Part shown: piece after piece, positions 13,994-25,836 of the stretch
Layout: each line of letters opens with the position of its first letter
How positions within the stretch are numbered: the stretch's first letter is position 1
NCBI RefSeq assembly: GCF_004010195.1
Contig: NC_057753.1
Location: 8,743,484 to 8,807,483, forward strand
DNA: 64,000 nt
Direction: 5' to 3'
DNA from: Chiloscyllium plagiosum
Lineage: Eukaryota
Notes under the pieces: generated by a model
The model's input: the letters and a program-made list of their open reading frames with translations, nothing else
What the model was told of the DNA's origin: nothing
Database searches by the model: none
Position numbers and translations under genes: made by a program

Positions 13994-14481
13994 TACTGGG
14001 TAAATTATGCTCAACTGAGCTGAGTGCATGATTTTGACATTTGGGAATGGGTCAAATATTTCATACCCTCCTGCAATGTATTCCCACTTCATTTCTGATA
14101 TAATTCCTTCCCTGTGTCATTTCAGATGTCGTTGAGCATTGGTAGGGCTTTACAGCGTTCTTGACAGATATAAAATGGACAAAAAAACGTTTCTTACAAC
14201 ATCAATCAGAACGTTTCAATTTTAACGTCGTGAGATATTCATTTGGTTTATTTTACTGTATCAATTTCATTGTCACTGACATTCATATTAAAACAATCCT
14301 AAATAATAGCTCAGTGACTGTTGATTACGTATACGTTGATATTGCCTCATATGGTATCGTGCAGAATTTTCCTAATTGCGTCCTGAGGGTATTGAGTGTC
14401 AGCTATTTAGGTGATCTTTTTCTGAATGCTTAACAATAAGTCGCTAGGATTGGAAACAGCCACCACTATATCACGCAGAAA

Positions 14482-14551
14482 ATGCATGCCCCACCAAATG
14501 GGTTACCATATGCTATTTATTACACTGCATTGGCGATGATCGCTGTTCCAG
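14482..14551 (+). CDS. GPCR copy A, coding exon 1 (MHAPPNGLPYAIYYTALAMIAVP + phase-1 G)
   Basis: ATG at 14482, 70 nt, donor CAG|GTAACT at 14552; joins exon 2 in frame; homologous to the 70-nt exon 1 of copy B. Confidence 0.85.
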
Positions 14552-16148
14552 GTAACTTTTCCCAGATCGCTATGTATTGCCTGCTACCTATTCTCTCACG
14601 GAAGACAGAATCCTGGAATTATGGCTTAAAGCCATCAAGTACAGTGTCTACATTTGCTAAATGATGATCTGGGCAGAAGGAGTCATCCAATTGATCTTGG
14701 TACTGCTCTTGGAATAGAACTTGCAAATTGTCAGTTGAATGTTAAACGTTTTCAGTTTAAGAAGTGACTGCATACACATGGTCTGACGAACTAGGTATGT
14801 TTTGAATGAGTAGAATCTTCATAAACATAGGTATGAGGATCCCTTATCTTTTCGTATGTGATGCTTTAGCCAAGGGAAAAAACTTCAATATATTTGGTTA
14901 ACATAAGAAAATAATCTTCCAGGCGCGCATAGAGAACATAGAGACGTTTGGAAGATGCTTCGTAAAAACTTTTGATCAACAATAAAAACATTTGTTGATA
15001 GATTTGTTTGTAAAAATGCTATTAATATAATGGAAACTGAAACCATTGCAAAATAAAAATATGAATTAACACTGTTTTTACTAAACAGCAGACAAGGCTC
15101 AAGTGGTTGAAATATCTAATCAGATTATCAATTCCTGATAAGTGTTTGTTAGTGTGCTGCAAGCAATCGCTGAAGGTGCAAATGCATTGTGCTAAATGCT
15201 GAAACACTTGGCTTATCAGCATAAACAAAATTCCAAGGAAAAAAGAATTACTAACTTGTTGACATCGAAATTAAAAGAAGGATTTTGAATCTGATTTCCA
15301 CACCTTCCATGAAAGAATGATTAATACATGCATTATTATAAAATGTTATGGAATTGCTGCTAGTTTGCACTTACTTTCCTGATGTGACAAATTTACGAAC
15401 TTAGTTCACTTGGCATCGGAAGTCTTGAAGTTAATTTTATTGAGTAACTGAAAAGCATTATTCAGTGACGTTTTCATTAAACAATTGGCGAAGTAATGCC
15501 AAGAGAATTGTTTATCAAGAAAGGAAATTGATGAGTGTAGGATATAAATTGAATGATATTTAAAATAAATTTATTAAGACAGGTAATGATTAGTGTGGAA
15601 CTTAAGTTTGATTCATATTAGCCTTCAAAGCATTTTCATAATGCCAGCTTGCAGATTTTCCTGAAATGCTCTTTTACTTAATAATGTTTCGTTAAATAGA
15701 TTCACATAATTTAACTTCAAACAGTAATGTTATTCACCAGGGAGGTATCAAATTTACTCAAGCTGAGCGCATGTATCCAACTATTAACGTAATTTTAAAC
15801 AATGATTGTGGGTAATTGTGGATATTTTGAATTATTAATGGAGAATTCAGCTCCCACCCTAAATGAGAAGTTGGCAAAGAGATTAAGGGTCATTGTGAAG
15901 AATGGTGAGCAGGTTTTTCGATGCTTCAGACAATATATTTAAGAATACGAATGTCATGTATGGTCAACAATTCATCTGGGGCCTTCTTGTTAAGATGAGT
16001 TAATGCTTCTGCTCTCTGCCCTTCCAGCACAAATTCCCAATTGATTCAGTTTCAGTGAACTGAACTTTCCTTAAAAATGCTTAATACATTAACTCAAAGG
16101 CAAGTGCACGAAATAACCTTTGTCTTTCTCACTCACTTCTATTTGTAG

Positions 16149-17053
16149 TTAATTTATCAGCGATTATAATCCTGATACGTGGAACCTGTGGCCTCTCCAG
16201 ATGTATTACTCGCTACCTGATCTCTATGGCTTTCACGGATCTCCTAGTCATTATTACTGCCGTACTTTTGAACCGCATTCCAGCAATTTATTTTCCAGGT
16301 AGTTTCCTGTCCATTACGCCAATATGTTGTTTCAGCATTGCATTGATTTATGCAGCTAGGGACACCTCTGTCTGGTTAACAGTTTGTTTCACCTTTGATC
16401 GGTTTGTAGCCATTAATTGTCCAAAGTTGAAAACAAAGTATTGCACTGAAAAAGTAGCAGCTGTGGTGATAGGAACAGTTTGCGGGATGGGCTGCCTGAA
16501 GAATATACCGTGGTATTTTATGCATGAACCAATAATTATTATCGATAACATTCCATGGTATTGTCGACTGAAGGAAATCCGTTACACTTCACCAATATGG
16601 GCAATATTCCAATGGAGTGATCGTATTTTAACTCCTTGTCTTCCATTTTTTCTGATTCTTTTCCTCAATGCTCTGACCGTCAGACACATTCTCATAGCCA
16701 GTGGAGCCCGCAGGAGGCTCTGGGTACAAACAAATGGAAGCAATAAGAGTGACACAGAGATGGAGAACAGGAGAAAATCCATTGTCTTACTTTTCTCTAT
16801 ATCTGGAAGTTTCCTTTTCTTATGGACAGCATATGTTGTACAATTCTTTTTTGAGCGATTCATAAATGATTACAAACTGCAAGGGTTCAGTGACCCCAAG
16901 TTTATTTTTCTAGAAAGTGCAAACATGCTTCAGCTATTGAGTTGCTGTACTAACACATTTATTTATGCAATAACTCAGAGGAAATTCAGACAGCAGCTGT
17001 ACGACATGTTACGATATCCATTGACTTGTGTACGTAAATTACTTCTGCAATGA
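16149..17053 (+). CDS. GPCR copy A, exon 2; class A GPCR, GPR139/142-like (FMRFamide-receptor-like clade); spliced product 324 aa
   Basis: pyrimidine tract then ttgtag| at 16148; VNLSAIIIL (TM1 Asn), MAFTDLL (TM2 Asp), FTFDRFVAI (DRY-like), PCLPF (TM5), CTNTFIY (NPxxY-like), helix 8 RKFR; stop TGA ends 17053; AATAAA at 17339. Confidence 0.9.
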
Positions 17054-17809
17054 TACTGCCAGAAATTCATTATATACGTGACTAATTCGATTAGATTTGT
17101 AATTATTTTATGTTAGATTAAAGGAAGCAGGTTGGTGAATGCCTATTGCTAAATGACAATTGAAATTGTTTTCCTTTTTTGCATTCTGTTTAAAGTTTAC
17201 AACTTGTATCAGCACAAAAAGAATTAGTGTTGAAGGAATCGTCAACACGGCGTCCTTTCCGTAAATAATGATTACAATATTGTGGAAGGAGGTTAATAAC
17301 TTAAAAAAACTAATTTATTCACAGGTCCTCTTATTGTGAATAAAATATGGGGTGAAATTATGAGATCACAACACTCCATACGCTGGAGGACTGAATGAAA
17401 ATCAGTAACTGGTGAAGTTAATCGGTATGACTGGTAGCGTCTGTGAATAGTAAATGCCTCATAACGTCAAGAGTCCAAAATGACTCCTCCTCTGACGTGA
17501 AGACACAGGGAAAAGTGGTCTGTATAATTCTGCTTCAAAGCAGAATGGAACAAGTTGGTCAAAATGGAAGGACTAGAAAATACTACACAGAGACAGCAGA
17601 TAAGCCTAAAGAAACAACTAGACATCCGATCCAAAAACCTCAGCTGATTTAAATGGTGTTCATATTCGCATCTTAAATCTGTTAAGATATAAGCAACAGA
17701 TGAAGTTTTAGCAAATGAACACAATCTATGTGTTTTTTTGTTATCCAGGCTAGGTGCCCCTTTTATTTGACTTCAAGCTTTTATGAATGTTTTATCCTCT
17801 ACCTGCAGA

Positions 17810-18515
17810 GTTATAGTACCATACAGTTGTACAGTTTGGAATAAGTCCCTTCAGTCCAACTCGTCCATGCTGACCATATATCATAAATTAATTAGGGGAA
17901 TTTAAGTGATCTTAGATTTTGATCTTAGAGGAGGGTAAAAGGTCGGCACAACATCGAGGTCTGAAGGGCCTGAAATGTGTTGTGCTTTTCTATGTTCTAT
18001 GTTCTAGTGTTTCTCGTGTCATGCCAATACTTGGAGCGAGTGAAGAGTGAAACAGATTTGTGTCATTTTCCCTGCGTATATTTGTACCACATTGGAGAAA
18101 AAAGAAACAAAGCAGTCATGTCTGACTTATGAGCACATCACTCGTCATAGAGTCACAGACAGTCATGGAGTCCAACAGCATGGAGACAGACACTTTGACC
18201 CCAACAGGTTCATGCTAACCAAAATGTTTACCAGCGCTAACACCATTTCCTTGTAGTTGGCCCTTATCCTTCTAAATCCTTCCACTTCATATATTTGTCC
18301 AAATGCCTTTTAAATGTTGCTAATGCATTTTCCTCAATGACTTCCGCAGCAGCTCATTCAACATGCATACTATCCTTTGTGTAACAAAGTTGCCCCTCAG
18401 GTTCCTTTTCATTCTTTCCCCTCTAACTTTATACTCAAGTGCTTCAGCCTGCGATTCCCCAGCGCAGGGAAAATGACTCAGTGTTTTCACCCTATCAATG
18501 CCTCTCATGATCATC
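17810..18515. mobile_element. short CR1 3'-end fragments in both orientations
   Basis: ttctatgttctatgttcta tail near 17990; minus-strand IMRGIDRV..FP...YKVRG at 18320-18514. Confidence 0.65.
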
Positions 18516-18899
18516 GCTGTTTAATTTTCCAATGGTATTCCACTGATGTTAAGTAATATGTTGCAAACCTTCCACATTGATGACCGAGTATCATATTTCA
18601 ATTAATTTTGAAAGTCTCGACTACATTTTTGAAAAGCGAATGGAAGTGAAATTTAAATTCAACTCTTTCTATTGACTGGAAATTTGCTGATTAGCTACAG
18701 TTTCTATCATGCAATGGGGAAAAAAAACAAGTTACTGCAATAGATAATCCTTAGGTGGAGACCCACAGCACTTCACATAAGTTCGAAATCACAACAGAAA
18801 GAAGACCAAGAATGTCCCACTGCAAAATACGTCCAAGACATCGATTTTTTTGTTGACATGGTCATTGAAGTAAATAAATAAATCTAAGCACCAAAGTAG

Positions 18900-19995
18900 G
18901 GAGCAAAACAATAATGGAGAGATGCTGAGGAACAAGAAATGGAAAGAGATGAGAGAGGATGGGAACCAGAGCGTTGAGTGTAAATGCAATGTCAGGAGGT
19001 GTTTAGCGAAATAAGTGAAATAGGAAGATCAGTCAGGGCCACCATGATGTATATGGCAGGACTCGAGGTCTGAAGTCGATTTATCTTCAAGCAGTAAGAA
19101 TAACAGGAGAGTGAGATACGCTGAGATATTGGATTAGTACTTGGAAGTAAAATATTGTAGCCATTACAGAAAGGAGCAGGAATAATAGCTCAACTTTTCA
19201 AGGTTTAGATGTTTCACCTGAAAAAGATTGAAGGTTAAGCTTGGAGATTTGCAATCCTGATGAAGGAGACTGTTACAAATGCTGGAAGTGAAAACATTCT
19301 GGAGGCCTCATTCAGCGGCGCCATACAGGTGTAACATGTAATAAGAAAGGTAAAATAATAATTATGGAATCATAATATATGCTGTACATTTGCGAGCGGT
19401 ACAGAGGCAAACAGAAATGTAAGTAAATCGTGGAAAGATGTAAGAACAACAGGATTGTTTTAGAAGATTTTAAACTCTCCAGTATAGACTTAGTTTCAGG
19501 AGCTTAGCTTGAGTAGATTTTGTTAAGTGCTTCCAGAGTAGATTTTTTTTTCAGGTTCTTTAGAGTTTAGTGAAAAAATAAAATGGAACGTGGGATGCAT
19601 TATAGTAAAACTTGCTTTTGGGATTAAGGCTCACCAGATGATTTAAGCTTCTGTGCTGGAACAGTCATCGTTATTCCAAAGACAAGGTAGTTATGAATGA
19701 AGATAAGACGTTTTAAAATCAGGGAACGCAAATGATAACAGAATTCATGACTTTGAGAAATTATATTGGGGCAGAATTTTGACAGAAATCCATATCTGAC
19801 ATGTAGGATTCTATTTAAAGCCAGCTGATCAAAATTCAGGACCAAATTATACGTCTGAGGATGAATAACAAGGATGGCAAGATTCGTGATCCCTGGATCA
19901 AAAGAGATGTTTTAATTTAGTGTAAAACAAAAAAAAAATTGTAAGCGTGCATTTAGCAAACTGAAACCAAATAAAGCCCTCATGGAATGTAATGG
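18900..19995 (+). mobile_element. highly degraded CR1 APE region
   Basis: remnants such as tattgtagccattacagaaa (VAITE) and gaagattttaaactctcc (GDFN); runs into gap. Confidence 0.45.
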
Positions 19996-20495
19996 NNNNN
20001 NNNNNNNNNNNNNNNNNNNNNNNNNNNNNNNNNNNNNNNNNNNNNNNNNNNNNNNNNNNNNNNNNNNNNNNNNNNNNNNNNNNNNNNNNNNNNNNNNNNN
20101 NNNNNNNNNNNNNNNNNNNNNNNNNNNNNNNNNNNNNNNNNNNNNNNNNNNNNNNNNNNNNNNNNNNNNNNNNNNNNNNNNNNNNNNNNNNNNNNNNNNN
20201 NNNNNNNNNNNNNNNNNNNNNNNNNNNNNNNNNNNNNNNNNNNNNNNNNNNNNNNNNNNNNNNNNNNNNNNNNNNNNNNNNNNNNNNNNNNNNNNNNNNN
20301 NNNNNNNNNNNNNNNNNNNNNNNNNNNNNNNNNNNNNNNNNNNNNNNNNNNNNNNNNNNNNNNNNNNNNNNNNNNNNNNNNNNNNNNNNNNNNNNNNNNN
20401 NNNNNNNNNNNNNNNNNNNNNNNNNNNNNNNNNNNNNNNNNNNNNNNNNNNNNNNNNNNNNNNNNNNNNNNNNNNNNNNNNNNNNNNNNNNNNNN
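19996..20495. other. assembly gap (500 N)
   Basis: run of n. Confidence 1.
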
Positions 20496-20832
20496 CTTTC
20501 CAATCTACCTTCATTGCTGACAATCCTCATACACGGCACCATTAACGTCAACCTGTTCAGCGCTGTCTGCAATCACTTCACTTCCCCGCTTCCTGAGATT
20601 TCACGCTCACAATTGAGCAATAATGCAGCTGGACGATTCAGTCAGAGTCGGCCAGCGCGGGCGAACGATGTGCAATGCTTGTTTTCACTTTGAGCAACTG
20701 TTTCCTTTTACCCTGTTCGCTGTAATGGGAGTTCGGCCCCATCCATACTTCAGGAAGTCCGATCCCGTTTCATAAATGTGCTTTTGGAGAAAATTGCGCC
20801 GGCGTTTCGGCACAAGACAACTTCCGAAATGA

Positions 20833-20922
20833 GGGCTCGTCTGGGATAAGAACCCGGGATCGCTCGCAAAACCACCCAACTAAAGGCCCGAAGTGAGAAT
20901 CATACCACTAGTCCAAGGAGCC
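20833..20922 (-). tRNA. tRNA-Pro(CGG) with 18-nt intron-like insert; probably a pseudogene
   Basis: minus: GGCTCCTTGGACTAGTGGTATGATTCTCACTT-CGG-G[CCTTTAGTTGGGTGGTTT]TGCGAGCGATCCCGGGTTCTTATCCCAGACGAGCCC; 72 nt after removing the insert, aligns to vertebrate tRNA-Pro; mismatches in the acceptor, anticodon and T stems and a damaged B box. Confidence 0.82.
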
Positions 20923-21814
20923 ATGGGAAATCCCAGGCGCGCGCTGTCCTGACCCCGGACGCTCCAAGCGCCCTCCCCGAAGCAGCTGAGACTTGCTCAG
21001 TGTGAAAAACGTTTGAGTTGCTCCAAGAATCACAAGCAGCAAAGAGATTCCTCAACATTTGCTTCTCATTCCGTCTCCCTGCGCCCAGGACGCTGCTGTT
21101 TGTCCCATTCCCAGTAACTGGACTCTCTCCACTGGCGGATAATTAAACCATTTTGTTTCTACGTGCAAACTGTTCTGGGGGAGGGCAGAGCCCATTCGCT
21201 CTTCTGCCTTCTCTCAATTGTTTGGGATGGGAGACGTCAGTAACACTAATGCGTAGGAAATGGGCAAGTTTTAACTCCATTACAAAGATCTGTAATCAAA
21301 GAGACAGAAAGATGCTGTGCTGGTGGGACAGAGCGAAATGGACACCGGAAACTGTTCCCTCAGGTAAATTCATATGAGTGCATTTGTGTGTAGCCAGCTC
21401 GGTGCTCAAAATTCGTCTTCACACAGCAATCCTGCAGAAAGACTTTTCTAACACGGACATCTGTTTCTTTGCAGCGAACGGGCAGCAGTGAACATCTAAG
21501 CCCCAACTGTCCCAGATGAAGTTGAAAATGAGCCATTGGATCTCCCTCAGCCGCTCTGTCCCAGAGACAGGGAGAGCGGCGGCATAAACGCGTGACGTCA
21601 TTCCGCCGCAGCCTGAAGCCGTTCAGTCCATCATTTCCATGCGACTCTCTGTCACTTGTGTCTCTCCGAGGTGATTCGCAATTGGTGATATGTGTCCTAA
21701 TCATGGGAACTGTATCTGTACGGTGATGCTGCTTTCGAAATGCTGATCGTCCTGTCATTCACGTCTGAACCGGAGTGGGGAATTATTGCAGGGAATGAAT
21801 ACGACCGGAAATAA

Positions 21815-22137
21815 TGTGGCTTTGCGGCTCAGTGGTTAACACTGCTGTCTCATAACGGTACCTGAATTCGATCCTACCCTTGTGCGGCTTGTTTGTGTGG
21901 AGTTTGTTCAATCCCCCCGTGTCTGCGTGGGTTTCCTGCGGTGCTCCGGTTTCCTTCCACAGTCGAAAGATGTGCAGGTTAGGTGGACTGACCATGCTAA
22001 ACTGCCCCATAGTGCCCAGAGGTCGGTAGGTTAGGCGCATCAATCAGAAGTAAATGTCGGGTCTGGGTGGGTTCCTCTTCGGAGGGTTGATAAGGACTTG
22101 TTGAGCAGGAGGGCCTGTTTCCACACTGTAGGGATTC
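21815..22137 (+). mobile_element. HE1/V-SINE-type tRNA-derived SINE
   Basis: A-box-like gctcagtggttaac, V-domain gtgtggagttt..cccgtgtctgcgtgggtttcc..ggtgctccggtttcc..ccacagtc.aaagatgtgcaggttagg, CR1-like tail ggcctgtttccacactgtagggattc. Confidence 0.85.
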
Positions 22138-22367
22138 GAATTCGAATTGTTTCAACTTCACCAGCCCGTTCCCATTTCAGAGAAAATGTGTTAGGATTCA
22201 GTTCAGAGCAGACTGGCGGAAAGCAACTCAAATCTCCACAAGCACTTCCTCTCAATTGTGTAAGTTGGACCAGTGTTTAGTGACATATTCAGCTCAGATG
22301 CTCGAAGATTTGGGAAGCAGAGGCAAAGGCAAGATATAGAACACAGTACCGTTACAAAGGGAAGCAA

Positions 22368-22430
22368 TAGCAGACGATAGTTTCGATCGAGGGACATGAA
22401 CCCAGCACCCTCCTGCTGCCACACTCTACT
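22368..22430 (-). pseudogene. initiator tRNA-Met pseudogene (9-nt internal deletion)
   Basis: plus strand TAGCAGACGATAGTTTCGATCGAGGGAC/ATGAACCCAGCACCCTCCTGCTGCCACACTCTACT matches the reverse complement of vertebrate tRNA-iMet lacking CTCTGGGTT. Confidence 0.7.
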
Positions 22431-23078
22431 TTCCCACACGGAGTGTTTTCCTTAGATCCCTTCAGCCTTTCGTCTGGCACGCGGCAGGCACGTTCGAGCC
22501 TGATGTCAAAGACCTCCACTGCTGTCGTGTAATATGCTGTTTCGCAGAGGAATGGAGGCTGTGTAAATATAAACTTATTTCTAAATTCCCACATTCTGTT
22601 GGTCGAACTGTGATTTCACACTGAATCACAACATGTGTCACAGCGCAGACGGAGGCCATGCGGCCCACCTTCAATCTGCTGGTTCTACACCGTAAGCAAA
22701 CGTGTATCTCAATTAATATCATTCCCTTGCCATTTTCGTGTAAATCTGCACATCTGAAAATGATCACCGAATTCCCTTTCGGGTCCATTTTTTTGTCAAT
22801 GTCAGTCAGGAATTTACTGACACTAACCACTCCCTGAACGAAAACGTTCTTCCTAATGTCAATTTTACTTCTTTCCCTCCTGACTTTAAAACTCTGCCGA
22901 ATCGTTGTGGATCATTTCAGGCGTGGGAGCATTTTCACAACATTATTTCCTGTGTCCAGGCTTCTCATGATTTCTCAGGGCTTCTGTTCTCCCTGGAGAG
23001 CAGTCCCAATTTTCCAATCTCGCTTCATTGCTGACATTCTTCAAGCACCGCATCTCTGGCAAGTCGGAGTAGTAGAAG

Positions 23079-23115
23079 ACTCAAAGCAAAATGCATACCC
23101 CTAGACCAACGAGCT
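23079..23115 (-). pseudogene. 5' half of a tRNA-Pro gene
   Basis: minus AGCTCGTTGGTCTAGGGGTATGCATTTTGCTTTGAGT vs tRNA-Pro GGCTCGTTGGTCTAGGGGTATGATTCTCGCTT; shares flanks with the 20833 copy. Confidence 0.7.
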
Positions 23116-23614
23116 AGAAACCAGGCGCACCCCATCGCCCGTAACAGCCCCATCTCTGGAACTGGCTGAGACTTGCTCAGTGTGAAATACATTTGACATT
23201 GCTCTAAGAATTACAAGCAGCAACGAGTTTCCAGAACAGCCGCTTCTCATTCTGTCTCCCTGCTGCTGTTTGTCCCGTCCCCGGGAACCGGGCTCTCTCC
23301 ACTGGCAGATAATTCAACCATTTTGTTTCTAAACATTTTTCTGATACCCAGGTGGCCAGTGACAAGCATTGCCCTCCTCAACATAGGATACAGAGAACAG
23401 GAGAAGACCACGCAAACCCCCACGAGTGTGTCACCTCAACTGTGCACATTGGGCCAGTATATCAATGTGAAATATTTATGTTGAGTTTTTTGGGAAGCAA
23501 ATGAGAAGGCGAGGTGCAGAACAGAGCGCCCTTAGACAGGAAAGCTGCTAAAGACGACATTACGTGAATCGGAGAGAATACGACATGGCGGATTTCAGGC
23601 CCTCAAGACATGGA

Positions 23615-24050
23615 ACTCGATATTGAAGACAGGGGGCTGTAGGGTCTTCAAGTGGAAAATGAGGCTTTGTTCTTCCGTCTGGAGTTGAGCTTTGCTGGAT
23701 CACTACTGCAGGCCTGAGACAGAGATGTTGGCCAGGGAACCGGATGGCGGGCAACCAGAAGCTCAGGGCATTTTTTGAGATGTTCTGCGAAACTGTCACC
23801 CAGTTTATGCGTCATGCTACGTTGGGGAAGCCACACTGTGAGCAGCGAATGCAGTAGACTAGGTTGTGGCAAATGTGCAGGTAAAGTGCTGCTTTACCTG
23901 GCAGGTATGTTCTAGCCCTTGGGTATTCAGGAGGGAGCAGGTAAGTGAGCAGGAGTAACAGATTCGGCGGTTGCAGGGGAAAGTGCCTTGGGACTATGGG
24001 AGGTGGGTGTGAGGTGTTGCGAGTGAAGGAAGAGGTGTAAGCCCTGTCCA
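23615..24050 (-). mobile_element. Penelope-like element fragment (GIY-YIG region)
   Basis: NLVYCIRCSQCG and KLGDSFAEHL motifs in the minus-strand ORFs. Confidence 0.8.
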
Positions 24051-24575
24051 CTTACCTCCTCTCATGTATAAATCCGTGAAGTTGAAAGAACTTTCCACAG
24101 AATGATTCAGTACCACGTGACTCACTAACTAATTCGTATTCATGTTCCGGGGCCAGCATCATTATTGTGTCACAGCAGCTGCAGGCTATCCTCGGGGGCT
24201 CTCTCTATGACGTCACGGTACGGCTGGAAGCCCCCGGGACAGTTTATCAAAGAAACCTCCCTGTGGGTCAGGGCAACCCTGCATCGGGAAGCACTGGGAT
24301 GGCCAACCACTACCAGTTAACATGGGGAACACATCTCCACATTACGCAGCCTCGAGGCAAACTTCCCGTCCTTCCACTTCAAGTTCAAGAGCCCTCAAAC
24401 CGAAATTTCCCAGGTGCGTTTGGAAGAATTTTTTCCAGATGTTCGCAAAGTATATGTATGAGCACTTTGTTAAAGTTTGAATTTTGTGAGTGTTGAAATT
24501 TTGTGCTTTTGAGGTAAATCACGGTTCGAAAAAAACCCAATGTGGGAATTTAGACAGAGTTTACATTTGCGCGTC

Positions 24576-24635
24576 GGCAATATGTCTGCGGGTGCGTGAT
24601 GGGAGCATAACCCAGAAGGGAAACCATTTCTCCTA
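24576..24635 (+). pseudogene. strongly degraded tRNA-iMet relic
   Basis: gcgtgatgggagCATaacccagaagg..gaaaccatttctccta vs iMet GCGTGCTGGGCCCATAACCCAGAGG..GAAACCATCCTCTGCTA; T-arm partly deleted. Confidence 0.55.
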
Positions 24636-24904
24636 TTCACTCAATGTCGTCTTTAGCAGCTTTCCCGTATAACGGCGCACTGTTCTGTTGAGGAGGGCAA
24701 TGCTTGCCACTGGTCACTCAAGTGTCAGAGAAAAGTTTAGAAAAAAAAACGGCTTAATTTTCTGCCAGTAGAGAGGGGCCTGTTGCTGGAGACGGGACAA
24801 ACGACAACAGGGAGACAGAATGAGAAGCAGCTGTTCTGGAAATTCTTTGCCTGACCACATTAAAAACGCACGACTTCGCAGAAGGAGGGAGAGCACAAAC
24901 ACAC

Positions 24905-24978
24905 CGCCCCTGGGCGGGCTTAAACAAACAACTTTTCGGTTAACAACTGAACGCGCTGACCAATTGCGCCACAGAGAC
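24905..24978 (-). pseudogene. tRNA-Asn(GTT) pseudogene, copy 1
   Basis: minus GTCTCTGTGGCGCAATTGGTCAGCGCGTTCAGTTGTTAACCGAAAAGTTGTTTGTTTAAGCCCGCCCAGGGGCG, 74 nt; T-arm and B box mutated. Confidence 0.85.
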
Positions 24979-25753
24979 AGGTGATCAGGCTGGCTGCGCC
25001 ATCGCTTAGGGGAGGCTATTAGTGAATTCATAATTCAGCCTGCCACGCCTAGAATTACAACGGTCGTCTATCAGTTTTACTTTTCCGTAATAAAGCCTGG
25101 GACATTCATTGTGGAAACACCGGGAACAGTCTGCAGACACATCTTTCATTCTCCTCTAAATCCGCTTCCCAAAGAGTTTCTCAAGGTACACAAAGCTGGA
25201 GACTGGGATTTCTGTTTTGCTTAATGAACATTTTTCCATTTCCTAACTGACAATATTTTGCCAAAACCTCTTCCCAAGTGTACGCCATGCTTCATTTCCA
25301 GGGATGAGAAATTTCCATTCTGGGGAGACATTCCCAAGGTTGGGAATGTTCGCTTTGGAGCAAAGAAGGTTAACTGGAGATTTCCTGGGGCTGTTGGTAA
25401 TGATGGGAGAAGAAGCGGTGGGAATTGGCAGATTAATGATCAGAAGAATCAATTGCCACTGACCAGAGTCAGTTACCAGAGGACGGGGATTGAAGTTCTT
25501 GAATGAAAAGCAGGTTTTGTGCCGAATAAACACAGAGAATACTGCAGAAAGCCAACAGGTCGAGCAGCATCTGTGGAAAGGTAAACAGAGCTGACATTGT
25601 GAGTCTGGTGCGTTGTTTGTTCAGAACCCGAGTTTCCTGCATGGTAATCAATTCCCAGACATGAGAAAACGGGACTTTATTGAGACGGGTTTTGTGAAGT
25701 TTGAGCGATAATGCAACCAACAGGAAGTCATTTAAAATCGCCAGCGAAGAAAG

Positions 25754-25836
25754 CATAGTCAGCAGGTTACCAACCCTGAGCGGGGGAGCCCCAAAGGATC
25801 TCGACGCCAACACCTTCAGTGTTCGGCCACAACTAC
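25754..25836 (-). pseudogene. degraded tRNA-Ser relic, copy 1
   Basis: minus GTAGTTGTGGCCGAACACTGAAGGTGTTGGCGTCGAGATCCTTTGGGGCTCCCCCGCTCAGGGTTGGTAACCTGCTGACTATG aligns end to end to tRNA-Ser (GTAGTCGTGGCCGAG...GACTACG), including the long variable arm. Confidence 0.72.

Noticed and set aside
14482..14664. 60-aa standalone ORF
   Set aside because: Only the first 70 nt are coding (GPCR exon 1); the rest is intron read-through
16348..16863. Antisense ORFs over the GPCR exons (also 50031-50483) and over LINE ORFs
   Set aside because: Shadow frames of real coding sequence with no independent motifs
21720..21770. Box C/D snoRNA-like GTGATG...CTGA
   Set aside because: Box C imperfect (GTGATGC), no convincing terminal stem or host intron
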